Positions 35,016 through 48,900 of a DNA stretch of 64,000 nt are shown in pieces. The position numbers and the translations under genes are program-made. The notes below the pieces were generated by a model. It ran no database searches. It had not been told where the DNA came from and worked only from the letters and a program-made list of their open reading frames with translations. Every line of letters begins with the position of its first letter. Position 1 is the stretch's first letter. This DNA is from Azolla caroliniana (lineage: Eukaryota > Plantae > Polypodiophyta). The DNA is taken from the NCBI GenBank assembly GCA_043228905.1, contig JBHGNT010000008.1, positions 13,268,001-13,332,000 on the forward strand, in the 5' to 3' direction.

Positions 35016-37151
35016 TCCACTGCTGCCTGCTCCTCCGCCAGAGTTACAAAATCTTCGGCTAACTCATCTCTTATGGTGGTGAAGTCCTCCTTCATTAGCA
35101 TGTAGCAGTCGTCACCATCCTTCTGCCGGTTTTCCGCATCCGCCCGTAGCAACTGGAGCTTGGTTGTGTGCTTTGCCCATTTGTCCCACCATCGTGCGGA
35201 GCTTTCTTCAATCAAGCGTTTGTTCTTGTTCCTCCATGCCTGGATAATGAATTGGATCTGCTCCAATCCCATCTTTGATTTGTCCTCCACGGCTTGTCGT
35301 TCGTCTTTCAACTGCTTGATGAGTGCCACCCTATCCACCTCCTGCTCCCGGTAATGTGACAGTTGGGTTTGATAAGTGTTCTGCAGGCTTTGCAAGATCA
35401 TCGTTGCTCTTTCCTTCTCTTCATAATGCTGCTTATCCAGCTCCATCCGTTCTTGCGCGGCTTCCTCCAGCAGCGTGGTTCTTTCAGCCCGTTCCTCCGC
35501 CAGCGCCGTCTCAACTCGATGTACCTCCTGCCGGAGCTCTGCCCATCTTCTCCTGTTGTTTCTTATGCTCCGTATCCAGGTGCTTGTAGTCCCGGTGCAG
35601 GTGCTCAAAATCATCTGTTTTCTGCTTCAGCTTTTGGTTGAGTTGTCAGCGAGCGCGGTCTTCCCGGTCCTTTTGCTGGTGGAGTTCTTCTTTCAACCTT
35701 TCGATCTCTGTTTCTGCCATCCGTCGTATCTTCTCCTTTTCTTGCAACGCCTTCTCTTTCTCCTCCTTCAGCCGGTCGTAGGCCTGATGTCCTTTCCGCA
35801 GATTCTCTTCTGCCTGGCGGAGGTTCTCAGCAGTCTTTCGTTGCTCTTCTTCTGCCGCTTTCTTCAAGTCCCACACTCGGGTGCGTAATGCTTCTTGTGT
35901 GGCCAGTTCATCTCTTAATTCAGCAAGCTCTTTTGCTTGCGCTGCCACTATCTCCGGGATTGTTTCCATCTCCGGGGTCTTATTGCTATGTACAGGTGTT
36001 GGTGCTTCTTTATTCTGTACATCGACCAGGGTCACCGGTGCTTGGAGTTGTGGTCCGGTTAAGGCCATTTTGGCCAATTCTTCTATGGACAGGTCCAAGT
36101 ATTGTTCTAGGCTCTGGATCCTTGACCGGGACGTCTCTAGTTCTCCGGTTGTGACGAGCAACTGGTCCATCTGCGCTTTCTCTTCCGCCTCTATGTAGTG
36201 TACCACTCTGGCAATCTGTTCTCTGATCCACCGGAGCCATTGGCTGTCGATGCCCTGTTGTTGCGTCTGTCCGGAGGGTTGACTGTTGGTGTCGCTGGCC
36301 AGTGGTCGGTTTTGTCCAGTTGCATCAAGGTGCAACTCTGGCTCTTGTTGGTGACCACTTTGCCGTTTTGGTTGCGGCTCCGTTGGCCGCTCCGCCTCTG
36401 AATGCTCTTGGCTTTCCGGTGGGGTCGGCAACTGTACTTCCGGCGCTTGCATATCGAGTCTTGCCTTATCCTGACCCATCGGTAGAGGTTGTTGTGCAGG
36501 GGGCTCTGTGGCCGATTCTGTCCGAACCGGTTCCGGTTCCATTCTTGGTGCAGGCTACTCAGGGCGGGGTACAGGCATTTTATCCTTCTTTGGGTCCGAA
36601 CGCTCCCCAGCATGTTCGGAGGTGCTTGCCTTTTGGTGCCGTTGGAGGTGCTCTAACGGTTCCTCCTCCTGAGTCTCGATGTTGATTTTCGCTGCCAAGG
36701 GGTCCGGCACTTGTTGAACCGGTCGGCTAAGCCTGATCTTGATAGGCCGAACCGGTGGCTCCTCCTGCGTTTCCGCCTGCCGCTTCCTATTGGCGCGCTC
36801 CTTTGCCGCCTGGTCCGTGTCGGCCGCCTTCCCTTTGGTTGCCTTGAAAGCCAGCAACTGTTGCCGTTTCGAGGCCGTTTTCGGGGTGCCTTCGGTTCTG
36901 GGGCATGCAAGGGGGTCGAGGGTATACATGTTCGAATTCATGGAGCACACGAGCAATCTCTCGAAAGAGAGGATCTTCGCCGCCTTGTGTCCTGTAGGCC
37001 TTGCTTGCTAGAGAGTATTCCCCAAAATATTTTCGGAGTTGTTCTGGGGTAGGATTGTCGATAGTGAAGATTCCCCCTTCCGGAAGGCCAATCAACACAT
37101 GGATGGCCTCCTCAGTAATCAGCTCTATGTCGATTTCTTTGACTATCTTCT

Positions 37152-40100
37152 TGTTGGGAGACAGGTCCCTCCGGATGGAAAGGGAGAAGAACAGTGTTGA
37201 TGAGCAAACTCGGCCGAGGCCGAAACCGGATGAGGAGTACTCGGCTTCGGAGAGCTGGATGGTGCAGACCCGGTGAGAACCGGATATGGAGTACCCGGCT
37301 ACGGAGAACCGGATGGTTCGTACCCGATAGAAACCGGATGAGGAGTACCCGGCTTCGGAGAGCCGGATGGTGCAGACCCGATGAGAACCGGATGAGGAGT
37401 ACCCGGCTACGGAGAGCCGGATGGTGCAGACCCGGTGGGAAGCGCTCTCCGGATGAAGAGACATATTCGTAAATATGTTTCTGAGAGTCCATCGTGGCAA
37501 TATTTGTAAATAGCCAAAAAGTCATATTAGTATAAATATGACTTAGGGCAAACTTTTGAGGTTGTTGTTATTTTTGTCTGTGCGAGATCAAAGTGTGTAA
37601 CTGTGTACAGAGAGAGTGAGAGAGAGGAAGAGGTCGTTGCCTCAGTTGTAACCGCCGCCTGTGGAGAAGATCGTGAGCACGAGGTCGTTGCCTCCGTGAA
37701 CTCACTGTTGTACATTCTAACATAGTGATAGTTTGCAACCTGTGGGCTGCCGTGGTTTTTCCCTTAGTTTGGGTTTTCCACGTAAACATCCTGTGTACTC
37801 TTCTCGTCTTCGTGTCGTGCATTCTTTCACCGTTTTCTGTGTATGATTCTAAGCTCAGTTATGGCCGAGCGTTGCGTATAGGGAACTTGTAGTTCCCGTC
37901 AAGTTGTATCAAAGCGAAACGACACAGAAAATGGACGATTCGTTAGGAGGCATGTTCAAGCTCACCGGCTCCAACTATTCGGTGTGGAAGTCGAAGATGA
38001 GGGACATGCTCGTGGTTAAAGAACTCTGGCTACCGGTTCAGTTCGGGGACAAGAGACCGGACAAAATCGACGTCGCGATATGGGAGGTGATGCACATGAA
38101 GACAACGGCGTACAGACGGTGCTTCATCGACATGAGCCTATACAACAACTTCAATGAAGAGAGCAAGGCTCATGAGCTCTGGGAGAAGATCAGCATTATG
38201 TTTCAAAACAAAAATGTTGTTAATCAGGTTTCGGTATTCCGGAAGCTAGTAAGACTCCGGTACCAAGATGGCTCCAGCATGGCGGAGCACATGAATGCCT
38301 TCCAGGGGGGCTGATCCACCACGCAACATCATTGGAGGTACCTCTCGCCAATGAGGTACTAGCACTACTCCTGCTCGGTTCCCTCCCAGATAGCTAGGAG
38401 ACGTTGGTTGTCACCTTGGGCAACGCCGGGCCAGAAGGGAAACGGTTATCCCTAGCAAGAGTAAAGTTGAGCTTGCTAGATGAGGAGGCGCGTCAAAAAG
38501 ATAAAGATACAAGCTCCGACTCCAAAGCGCTCCTTACCGAATCGGAACGCGGAAGACAAAGAAACCGTAGTCCCCAGAACCGGGAAAAGTTGGGGACACG
38601 GTCAAAGTCAAGGGGGAGACCTACTTGCTTCTATTGCGGCAAGCAGGGACACTTCCAGAAGAACTGTCGGCATTTCCGAAAGGACAAGGAAACCGACGGT
38701 ACCGATTCGAAGCGGATACCGGACCGGAACGGTAAAGACCGGAGGGGAACGGACCAGAAGGGGACGACGGCAATCGCGGCAAATGAAGAAGAGTTGATGC
38801 TCATCACCGAGGAGAGTGAGATAAACCTTGCCGGCGACGAGATGACCTGGGTGGTCGACTCCGGAGCGTCGTTCCACCTTACCCCGGACCGGAAATGCTT
38901 CTCGTCCTACTCAGCCGGTGGTCACGGCTGTGTTCGGATGGGGAATGAAGGTACATGCCGAATTGTTGGCATAGGAAAATTATGGTTGTCAACACCAACC
39001 GGATGCAAGATGCTACTGAAGGAGGTTCGACACGTTGCGGAGGTTCGTCTGAACCTGATATCAGCCGGTCGGCTAGATGATGAAGGCTACACGGGTAGCA
39101 TCCGAAACGGTGTTATGAAGTTCAGCAAAGGCAGCCTGATTGTGGCTCGGGCCCGGAAGGTAAACACGTTGTACTTGATGAATGCCCGGTTATGTCCGGA
39201 GGAAGTGAACGTGGCATCCGACATTGCCGGTGAGCTGTGGCACAAAAGGCTGTCTCACATGAGCGAGAAGGGGATGAAGAGGCTTGCAGACGACAACCTC
39301 ATTCCAGTGAAGAACGTGCACTTGGAGAAGTGTACTGACTGTCTGGCCGGTAAACAAAACCGGACCTCCTTCCGACCAAGGCCACCGATGAGACGTAATG
39401 CACCACTGGAGTTGGTGCATACTGATGTGTGTCAAGTGGACACGAAGTCACATGCAGGATTGCAGTACTTCGTGATGTTCATAGATGACCACAACCGGAA
39501 GTTGTGGGCCACACCGTTGAAGACGAAGGATCAGGTGTTATCCGTCTTCAAAGAGCTCCACGCGAGAGTGGAAAGAGAAACCGGCCGGAAACTGAAGGCG
39601 GTTCGAGCAGATAACGGAGGTGAATACCATGGGCAGTTCGAGGAGTACTGTCGCTCAAAGGGAATCCGGCTCGAATTTACCGTGCCGAAGACGCCGGAAC
39701 TAAACGAGCTGGCCGAGAGGATGAACCGGACCATAATGGAGAGGGTCCGGAGTATGTTGGCGCATGCAGAACTACCCAAGAAGTTTTGGGCTGAGGCACT
39801 GTCGACGGCGACATATGTGATAAACAGATCACCCTCAGTACCCTTGGATGGAGACACGCCACAGAGAGTCTGGACCGGTAAGGAAGTATCCTACCGACAT
39901 CTGAAGGTATTCGGGTGTCTCGCGTACGTGCATGTAGCTAAGGACCGAAGAGGAAAGCTGGATCCAAAGACCCGGCCATGCATATTCCTCGGTTACGGCG
40001 ACGATGAGTTCGGCTACCGAGTGTGGGACCTGGTCGACAAGAAGGTATTCCGGAGTCGAGATATTATCTTCATGGAGGACAAGACGCTCGCCTACTGGGA

Positions 40101-42681
40101 GTTGGAGAAGAAGATAATGAACTCCGAGTCGACCGTTAAGGATCGATTCTACGATGAGCAAACCGGCAAGAGACCGGTTAGCACTCGAGGAACCAACCGG
40201 TTACGGAGAGGATACCGAACCAGCAGAAGAAGAAGTAGAGGAAGCTGATACCGGAACCGGCCAAGACCCCGAATCGGATTTGGATGAAGAGCAAATGGAG
40301 GAGCCGGTTACCGAAGCCCGAAGACGGAGATATCCTCTCAGAGAGAGAAGGGCGCCCCGGAGATTTCCGGATGCAGAGAATGTTCTGCTAACCGATGAGG
40401 GGCAGTCAGAAAGCTTCGAAGAAGCGAAGGATGACACCCACAGCCGCAAATGGTTAAGTGCCATGCAGGATGAGATGGATTCCCTGCATGAGAACCATAC
40501 ATACGAATTGGTGGAGTTGCCGAAAGGAAAGCGGGCACTCCGAAACAAGTGGGTGTACAAGTTGAAACCGGTAGATGTTGGCAACCCTTCGAGATACAAA
40601 GCCAGGATCGTGGTGAAGGAGTTCCAGCAGAAGAAGGGCGTGGACTTCAACGAGATATTTGCCCCGGTAGTAAAGATGACCTCCATCCGGACGGTGCTGA
40701 GCATAGCGGCAAGCATGGACCTCGAGGTAGAGGAGCTAGACGTGAAGACGACATTCCTTCACGGCGACCTCGAAGAGGAGATCTACATGCAGCAACTAGA
40801 AGGATTCGTGGAGAAAGGGAAGGAGCACCTGGTTTGCCGGTTGAAGAAGAGCCTCTACGGGTTGAAGCTGGCCCCCCGGCAATGGTACCGGAAGTTCGAT
40901 TCCTTCATGGCCGATCAAGGGTACCACAAGACGCAGGCCGATCACTGTGTGTTTGTGAAGAAGTTCGAAGGAGGCGACTTCCTGATACTCCTTCTATACG
41001 TGGATGACATGTTGATCGTCGGACGGGACCAAGTCAAAATACGGATGCTGAAGAAGGCTCTCAACCGGACCTTCTCAATGAAAGACTTGGGTCTGGCAAG
41101 ACAGATGCTAGGGATGCATATTATCCGGAACCGGTCAGTGAAGCAATTATGGCTGTCACAGGAGAAGTACGTGACAAAGGTGCTTCACCGGTTCAACATG
41201 TCAGATGCGAAACCGGTCGGATCGACACTTCCGGCAAACTGCAGGCTATCCGGTAAGCAAAGCCCGAAGACGAAAGCAGAGAAGGCGGATATGATGAAGA
41301 TTCCATATGCCTCTGCCGTCGGGAGCTTGATGTACGCAATGGTGTGTACCCGACCGGATATAGGATACGCAGTCGAAGTGGTGAGCCGGTTTATGAGCAA
41401 TCCCCGCAAGGAGCACTGGAACGTGGTCAAATGGATACTTCGGTATTTGAAGGGCACTTCAAATATGTGTCTCCGATTCGGCTCCGGAAAACCTCAACTT
41501 GACGGTTTCACCGATTCGGACATGTCGGCTGATGTGGATACCAGCCAATCCACATCCGGGTATGTAATGACATATGCAGGGGGAGCTATTTCGTGGCAGT
41601 CGAGGCTGCAGAAGACGGTTGCGTTGTCAACCACAGAGGCGGAGTACATGGCGGTTGTGGAAGCCGGCAAGGATATGTTATGGATGAAGGACTTCATCGG
41701 AGAGCTCGGTATCCGGCAAGATGAATACCGGCTCTATTGCGATAGTCAAAGTGCCATCCACCTTGCTAAGAATGCGGCCTACCATTCCCGGGCGGAGCAT
41801 ATCCTGCGAAGGTATCACTGGATCTGGGAAAGAGTTGATGACCAAGAGTTCGCACTGACGAAGATCCACACGGCCGAGAACGGGTCAGATATGCTGACCA
41901 AAGTGCTGATACCCGACAAGCTGGATGCATGCCGGAAGAGGATCGGACTACTAAGACACCCCCATGCCAGAGTGAAGGGGGAGTTTGTTGGGAGACAGGT
42001 CCCTCCGGATGGAAAGGGAGAAGAACAATGCTGATGAGCAAACTCGGCCGAGGCCGAAACCGGATGAGGAGTACCCGGCTTCAGAGAGCCGGATGGTGCA
42101 GACCCGATGAGAACCGGATAAGGAGTACCCGGCTACGGAGAGCCGGATGGTGCGTACCCGGTAGAAACCGGATGAGGAGTACCCGGCTTCGGAGTGCCGA
42201 ATGGTGCAGACCCGATGAGAAACGTTGTACGGATGAAGAGACATATTCATAAATATGTTTCTGAGAGTCCATCGTGGCTATATTTGTAAATAGCCGAAAA
42301 GTCATATTAGTATAAATATGACTTAGGGCAAACTTTTGAGGTTGTTGTTATTTTTTTCTGTGCAAGATCAGAGTGTGTAACTGTGTACCAGGAGAGTGAG
42401 AAAGAGGAAGAGGTCGTTGCCTCAGTTGTAACCGCCGCCTGTGGCGAAGATCATGAGCACGAGGTCGTTGCCTCCGTGAACTCACTGTTGTACATTCTAA
42501 CATAGTGATAGTTTGCAGCCTGTGGGCTGCCGTGGTTTTTCCCTTAGTTTGGGTTTTCCACGTAAACATCATGTGTACTCTTCTCTTCTTCGTGTCGTGC
42601 ATTCTTTCACCGTTTTCTGTGTATGATTCTAAGCTCGGTTGTGGCCGAGCGTTGCGTATAGGGAGCTTGTAGTTCCCGTCA
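37152..42681 (+). mobile_element. Near-complete Ty1/copia element, same family as 27003-32571
   Basis: LTRs 37152-37901 and 41986-42681; TSD CTTCT; degenerate PBS TTGTATCAAAGC; PPT AAGGGGGAG. Confidence 0.97.
37931..42034 (+). pseudogene. Copia gag-pol, frameshifted
   Basis: CFYCGKQGHFQKNC, WVVDSGAS, RADNGGEY, LYVDDML, CDSQSAI; breaks at ~38310, 38397 and ~40160. Confidence 0.95.
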
Positions 42682-44111
42682 CTTCTTGGCCTCCCGGTGC
42701 GGTGGCGCCTCCATGATGGTGAGGAAACCATCTAAGTCGTGCTGCCTAAGTCAAGGTCAGTAAGCGCTGGTGAGGATCGTGTGTGAGGAGTCTCTGTGCG
42801 CGTGGGTTCGCATCTGCTGATCTTCAATCGCCTATCTGCCTTTGTGCTCCTCTGCTCGCAAAATGTGAGGGTTTCTATGTGGCAAGGGTCTTCTTGTTGC
42901 ATGTTGGCGCCTGTTTTTTTATTTTTTTCATTACCCGCGCATGTGCACGTCGTGTACTAAAATAGAATGACGTGCCATGTGGCGGCAGTTTAATACCCTA
43001 TTAATAGCCCACTACATACCTTTTCAAAGTGCATGTTCACTCCTTGTTTTTGCATGTGTCCGTTCACCCCTCGCCCTTGCATGATTTACTTTGATTTTAT
43101 TTTTTTATTTTTTTTTATTTTATAAATGGTTTTGCTAATTAGCAACCGGTCCCACTGGACCCCTATCCGGATTGTGATCCTTGCCAGACGTTGGACCGCT
43201 TGCCGTCGCTTCCGACTTACCGGTGTCTGGTTCTATGTTGCCCTTCACTTGTTCAAATGGGTTTTTTGGCATGGGTCCACTGTATGGTTTGAGTCGGAAC
43301 CCATTTACCCATTTACCCAGAACCTCGCCGGCGAGGGTCCCTAATTGGTAGGAACCGTTGAACTCTCGCGTAATCCAGTATGGTCCGGTCCACCAAAACC
43401 GTAGCTTTCTTGGCATCTTACCCATCCGGGTCTGGAACACGAGTACCGGCTTACCGATGCCGAACATCTTTTCGTTCCCTTTTCGGTGACGATCCACGAA
43501 CGCCTTCCTTCACCGCTGCTCTAGTTCTAGGTGCATGATGATGACTAGCCGGTGTTCTTCCAATTCACACAACGCGTTTAACCGGATAGCTTCCGATTCC
43601 TTCTCATTTAGGCGTTCCTGAATCTGTATTCATAGACTCGGGACCTGGAACTCTACCGGCATCATTGCTTCCAATCCGAATGCTAGGTGAAACGGTGTTG
43701 TGCGGATACTTGTTTTATATGTCGTTCGGTAGGCCTAGAGTGCATTGTGCAGCTTTGTATCCCAATCCGTCCGGTTCTCATTGACGATTTTCCGTAGGAT
43801 ATTCTGTAGTGTTTTATTTGTTGACTCTGCTAATCCGTTGGCTTGCGGATAATAGGGAGTGCTCCGTTTGTGCACCACCGCATAAAATGTCGTCAAACTT
43901 TCCACTACTTGCCCTAAGAAGTGCCCACCTTGGTCACTTATGAGCTCTATCAGACATCCATATCGGCACCAGATGCATTCATATAAAAATGTTGCCGTGG
44001 ATGCCACAGTGTTGTCGTATAGTGCTTTCGCTTCCACCCATTTCGTGCAGTAATCCGTAGCGATGATCACGTATCGGTTGCCGGTTCTCATTGCCGGTGG
44101 TTTGATCCGAT

Positions 44112-45912
<1,801 letters not shown>

Positions 45913-48900
45913 CAAAATCTAGCCCCAATTTCTGAAATGGTTCTAACGGTAGCATGGGTTGGTGAGGCATTCTGGCTTGTTCGGTTGGTTGCCACATTCG
46001 TTGACATAGGTCGCATTCTTTAGCGCACCGGACTGCATCTTTCAATGTTGTCGGCCACCATAGTCCACTCTGCCATATTTTCCTTGCCTTAGCGTCTTCA
46101 GCATAATGTCCCCCGGCCACGCCGCAGTGTGCCTCGCGCAATATTACTTCCTTTTCGTCACTGCGCACTGCACACCGCCATATGCTGTCTGCGCCTTTGT
46201 GGTACAGTGTGTCCTGCAATAGACAGAACTGCCGGCTTTGAAACGCTAAGCATTTCCTTTCGTCTCTGTTCATCTCCTCCAGAGGTAAACCGGTGCTCAG
46301 AAATTGGTGCATGTTGGTGAGCCACTTGTCTTCCTCTGCAACCGAACTATCCGTTGTCATTTCTGTTGTGACTCTAAACAGCTCTGCATCCAGAAAGTAG
46401 TTTGGGACTCCGTCACCGGTTTCGTCGGAATCCATCTCGAACTCAAATTCTTGTAGTAGTAACGTCCACCGGGCCAGCTTACCGGTGAGTGATGCTTTGA
46501 ACACCAAATAGAGGAGCGCCGAATGATCTACGTGAAAGGAAAATTTCCTTCCCAACAGATAGTGTCTAAACTTGGTGACACTGTAGATCATACCCAAAGC
46601 CTCCCTTTCCGTCGTGGAATAATTACATTCCGCTTGGGACAACTTCCGACTGGCATAATAGACTGGCCGGTACCATTTTGGTTCTGTCAATTGCATCAGT
46701 GCGCTCTCGATTGCAATGTCGGACGCGTCAACGAACACATGGAACTCTTTGGACCAATCCGGAGGTTGCACCACCGGCGCTTGTGACAACAATACTTTTA
46801 GTGCCCGGTAAGCATGGTCTTCTGTGTCCGTCCATCGGAACGGTGTCCGATGTACTACGGGATGTAATGGTGTAGCCAGGTCTGCCAGATGCCAGAGCAT
46901 TCGGCTATGCCACCGAATTTGTCCTAAGAACCGGCTTAGTGCCTTTGTCGTGGCTGGTGCCGGTGCCTCCAGGATTGCTTTTACTTTGTCTGGATCCACT
47001 GCGATACCGTCCTTGCTTACTATATGGCCTAGTAACGCTTGGTTGGTTACTCCGAACACGCATTTTGCTGGGTTCAGGCTTAGTCAGTAAACCCTACATT
47101 TTTCTAGGCATAGCCGGAGGTGCTGAAGGTGATCCCCTTCCTGGCTACAAACAGCGAAGTCATCCAAAAACACCTACATGAATGCCAAAATGAATTCCCC
47201 GAAAATTTCCATGATGATCCGTTGGAAGGTTGCCGGTGCCGTTTTTAGTCCGAACATCATCACTACGGCAACAAAGACTCCCCATTCGGTGACAAAAGCG
47301 GTTTTCTCCTGGTCGGCGGGGTGCATCCGGATCTGATTATAGCCGCTGAAACCATCCAGAAAACTGTACACCTTATGACCGGCGACCACATCCAGGACTC
47401 CATCCGTGAATGGAAGTGGGAAGGCATCTGTCACCGTAGCCGCATTCAATTTCCGGTAGTCGATGCACACTTTGATCTTACCATTCTTTTTTGGTACTAC
47501 CACTATCAGGCTGAGCCATGTGGCTTTCTTTACCGGTCGGATGAAGCCCACTCTCAGCAACTTGTTGATTTCTTCTTTGACCTTTGTTGCGTAATTCGGG
47601 TTCATCCGGTAACGCCGTTGCGCTACCGGTTTGGTGTCTTTGCTCAGATGTATCTAGTGTTGATATAACTGAGGATCGAGTCCCAGCATGTCTTCGTAGG
47701 ACCAGGTGAACACATCGCGAAATTCTTTTAGGAGTGTGATCATTGTCGTTTTGTTCTCCGAAGTCATTTCCTTGGCGATGTGCACCGGTCTTGTGTCCTC
47801 TGTGGTACCTAGGTTTACCTCTTCTAGTTGGTATGCTTTCACGAGCTGTGACACTGCCATTTCTTTTTCTAGTGCCTCCTGTGCCTGCCGTAATTCCCGG
47901 ATTGCCTCTTTATCCGGTTCCTCGTCGGTCCCGTCCGGTTGCAGTACGTACGATGATACTGCTTCGGCTACATCAATCTCAAACAGAGGTATGATCTTCG
48001 GATTTTCCTATAAGTATTGATCGACCTCTTCGTCCGCCAATCCTTCCAGCATGTTAACACATTCCGCATATAGCGGCGTTGATTCCTTGCTGGTACCGGA
48101 CCATGGTTGAGTCGGTACTCGTACTTTCGCTTTTCCACGCCGGAACGTAATTATGTTCTTCCTCCAGTTTTGCTTTATGTGTGTTGTTTTTAACCAGGGC
48201 CGTCCCAACAATAGTGGGTAAGCTCCCTGAGCTTGTAGCTGGAGAACTACTACGGAAATGCGAAATGTGTGACCCCCGATGGTCACTTCTAGATCGAGTA
48301 TTAATCCGGTCGGCCGTACTGAGCTAGTGTCCGCCATCCGAAGCCAAAACGGACACGGCTCATAGTCCTGGATTCCTAGTGTGTTACACGTTCGGAGGCT
48401 GATCACGTTCATGCCGGATCCTCCATCGATAATCATGCCGGGTAGCTCTCTTCACGATGACTGTGATTGCTGGACTGCTTGTGTCCACCACTGCCGGTCC
48501 TTCCCTCGGATTTGAAAAGAATGCTGGAGCCGGTGGTGTGTCAGTTGTCGTCCTTCCGGTCTTCAGTCCTTTCGTGAACCGTGGTACCAGTTGCAATAGC
48601 CGGCCTAACAGCAGCGTGATTTGACATTCTTGTAACGCCTGCCATGTTGAGTTTTTGGGTTGCCCTGGGCTGGTGAGCTCTTCGGCATTCTCCTTTTGTT
48701 GTTCGAGCTCAGCCGCATTCCGTTCATTTGCCTTCTTCGCCCATTCGGTTGCTTGCTTCTGGATGGCTTCTTGAGTTTCCCACTCCGTGGCTTTGCCTTT
48801 TGATCTTGTAGTGACCTGTTGTATGTCGTCGACTTCCACGTCTACCATGTTCACCGTTGGTCGTTTGTCGTAGCTCTTCTCCAGACATTGATTACTATAG

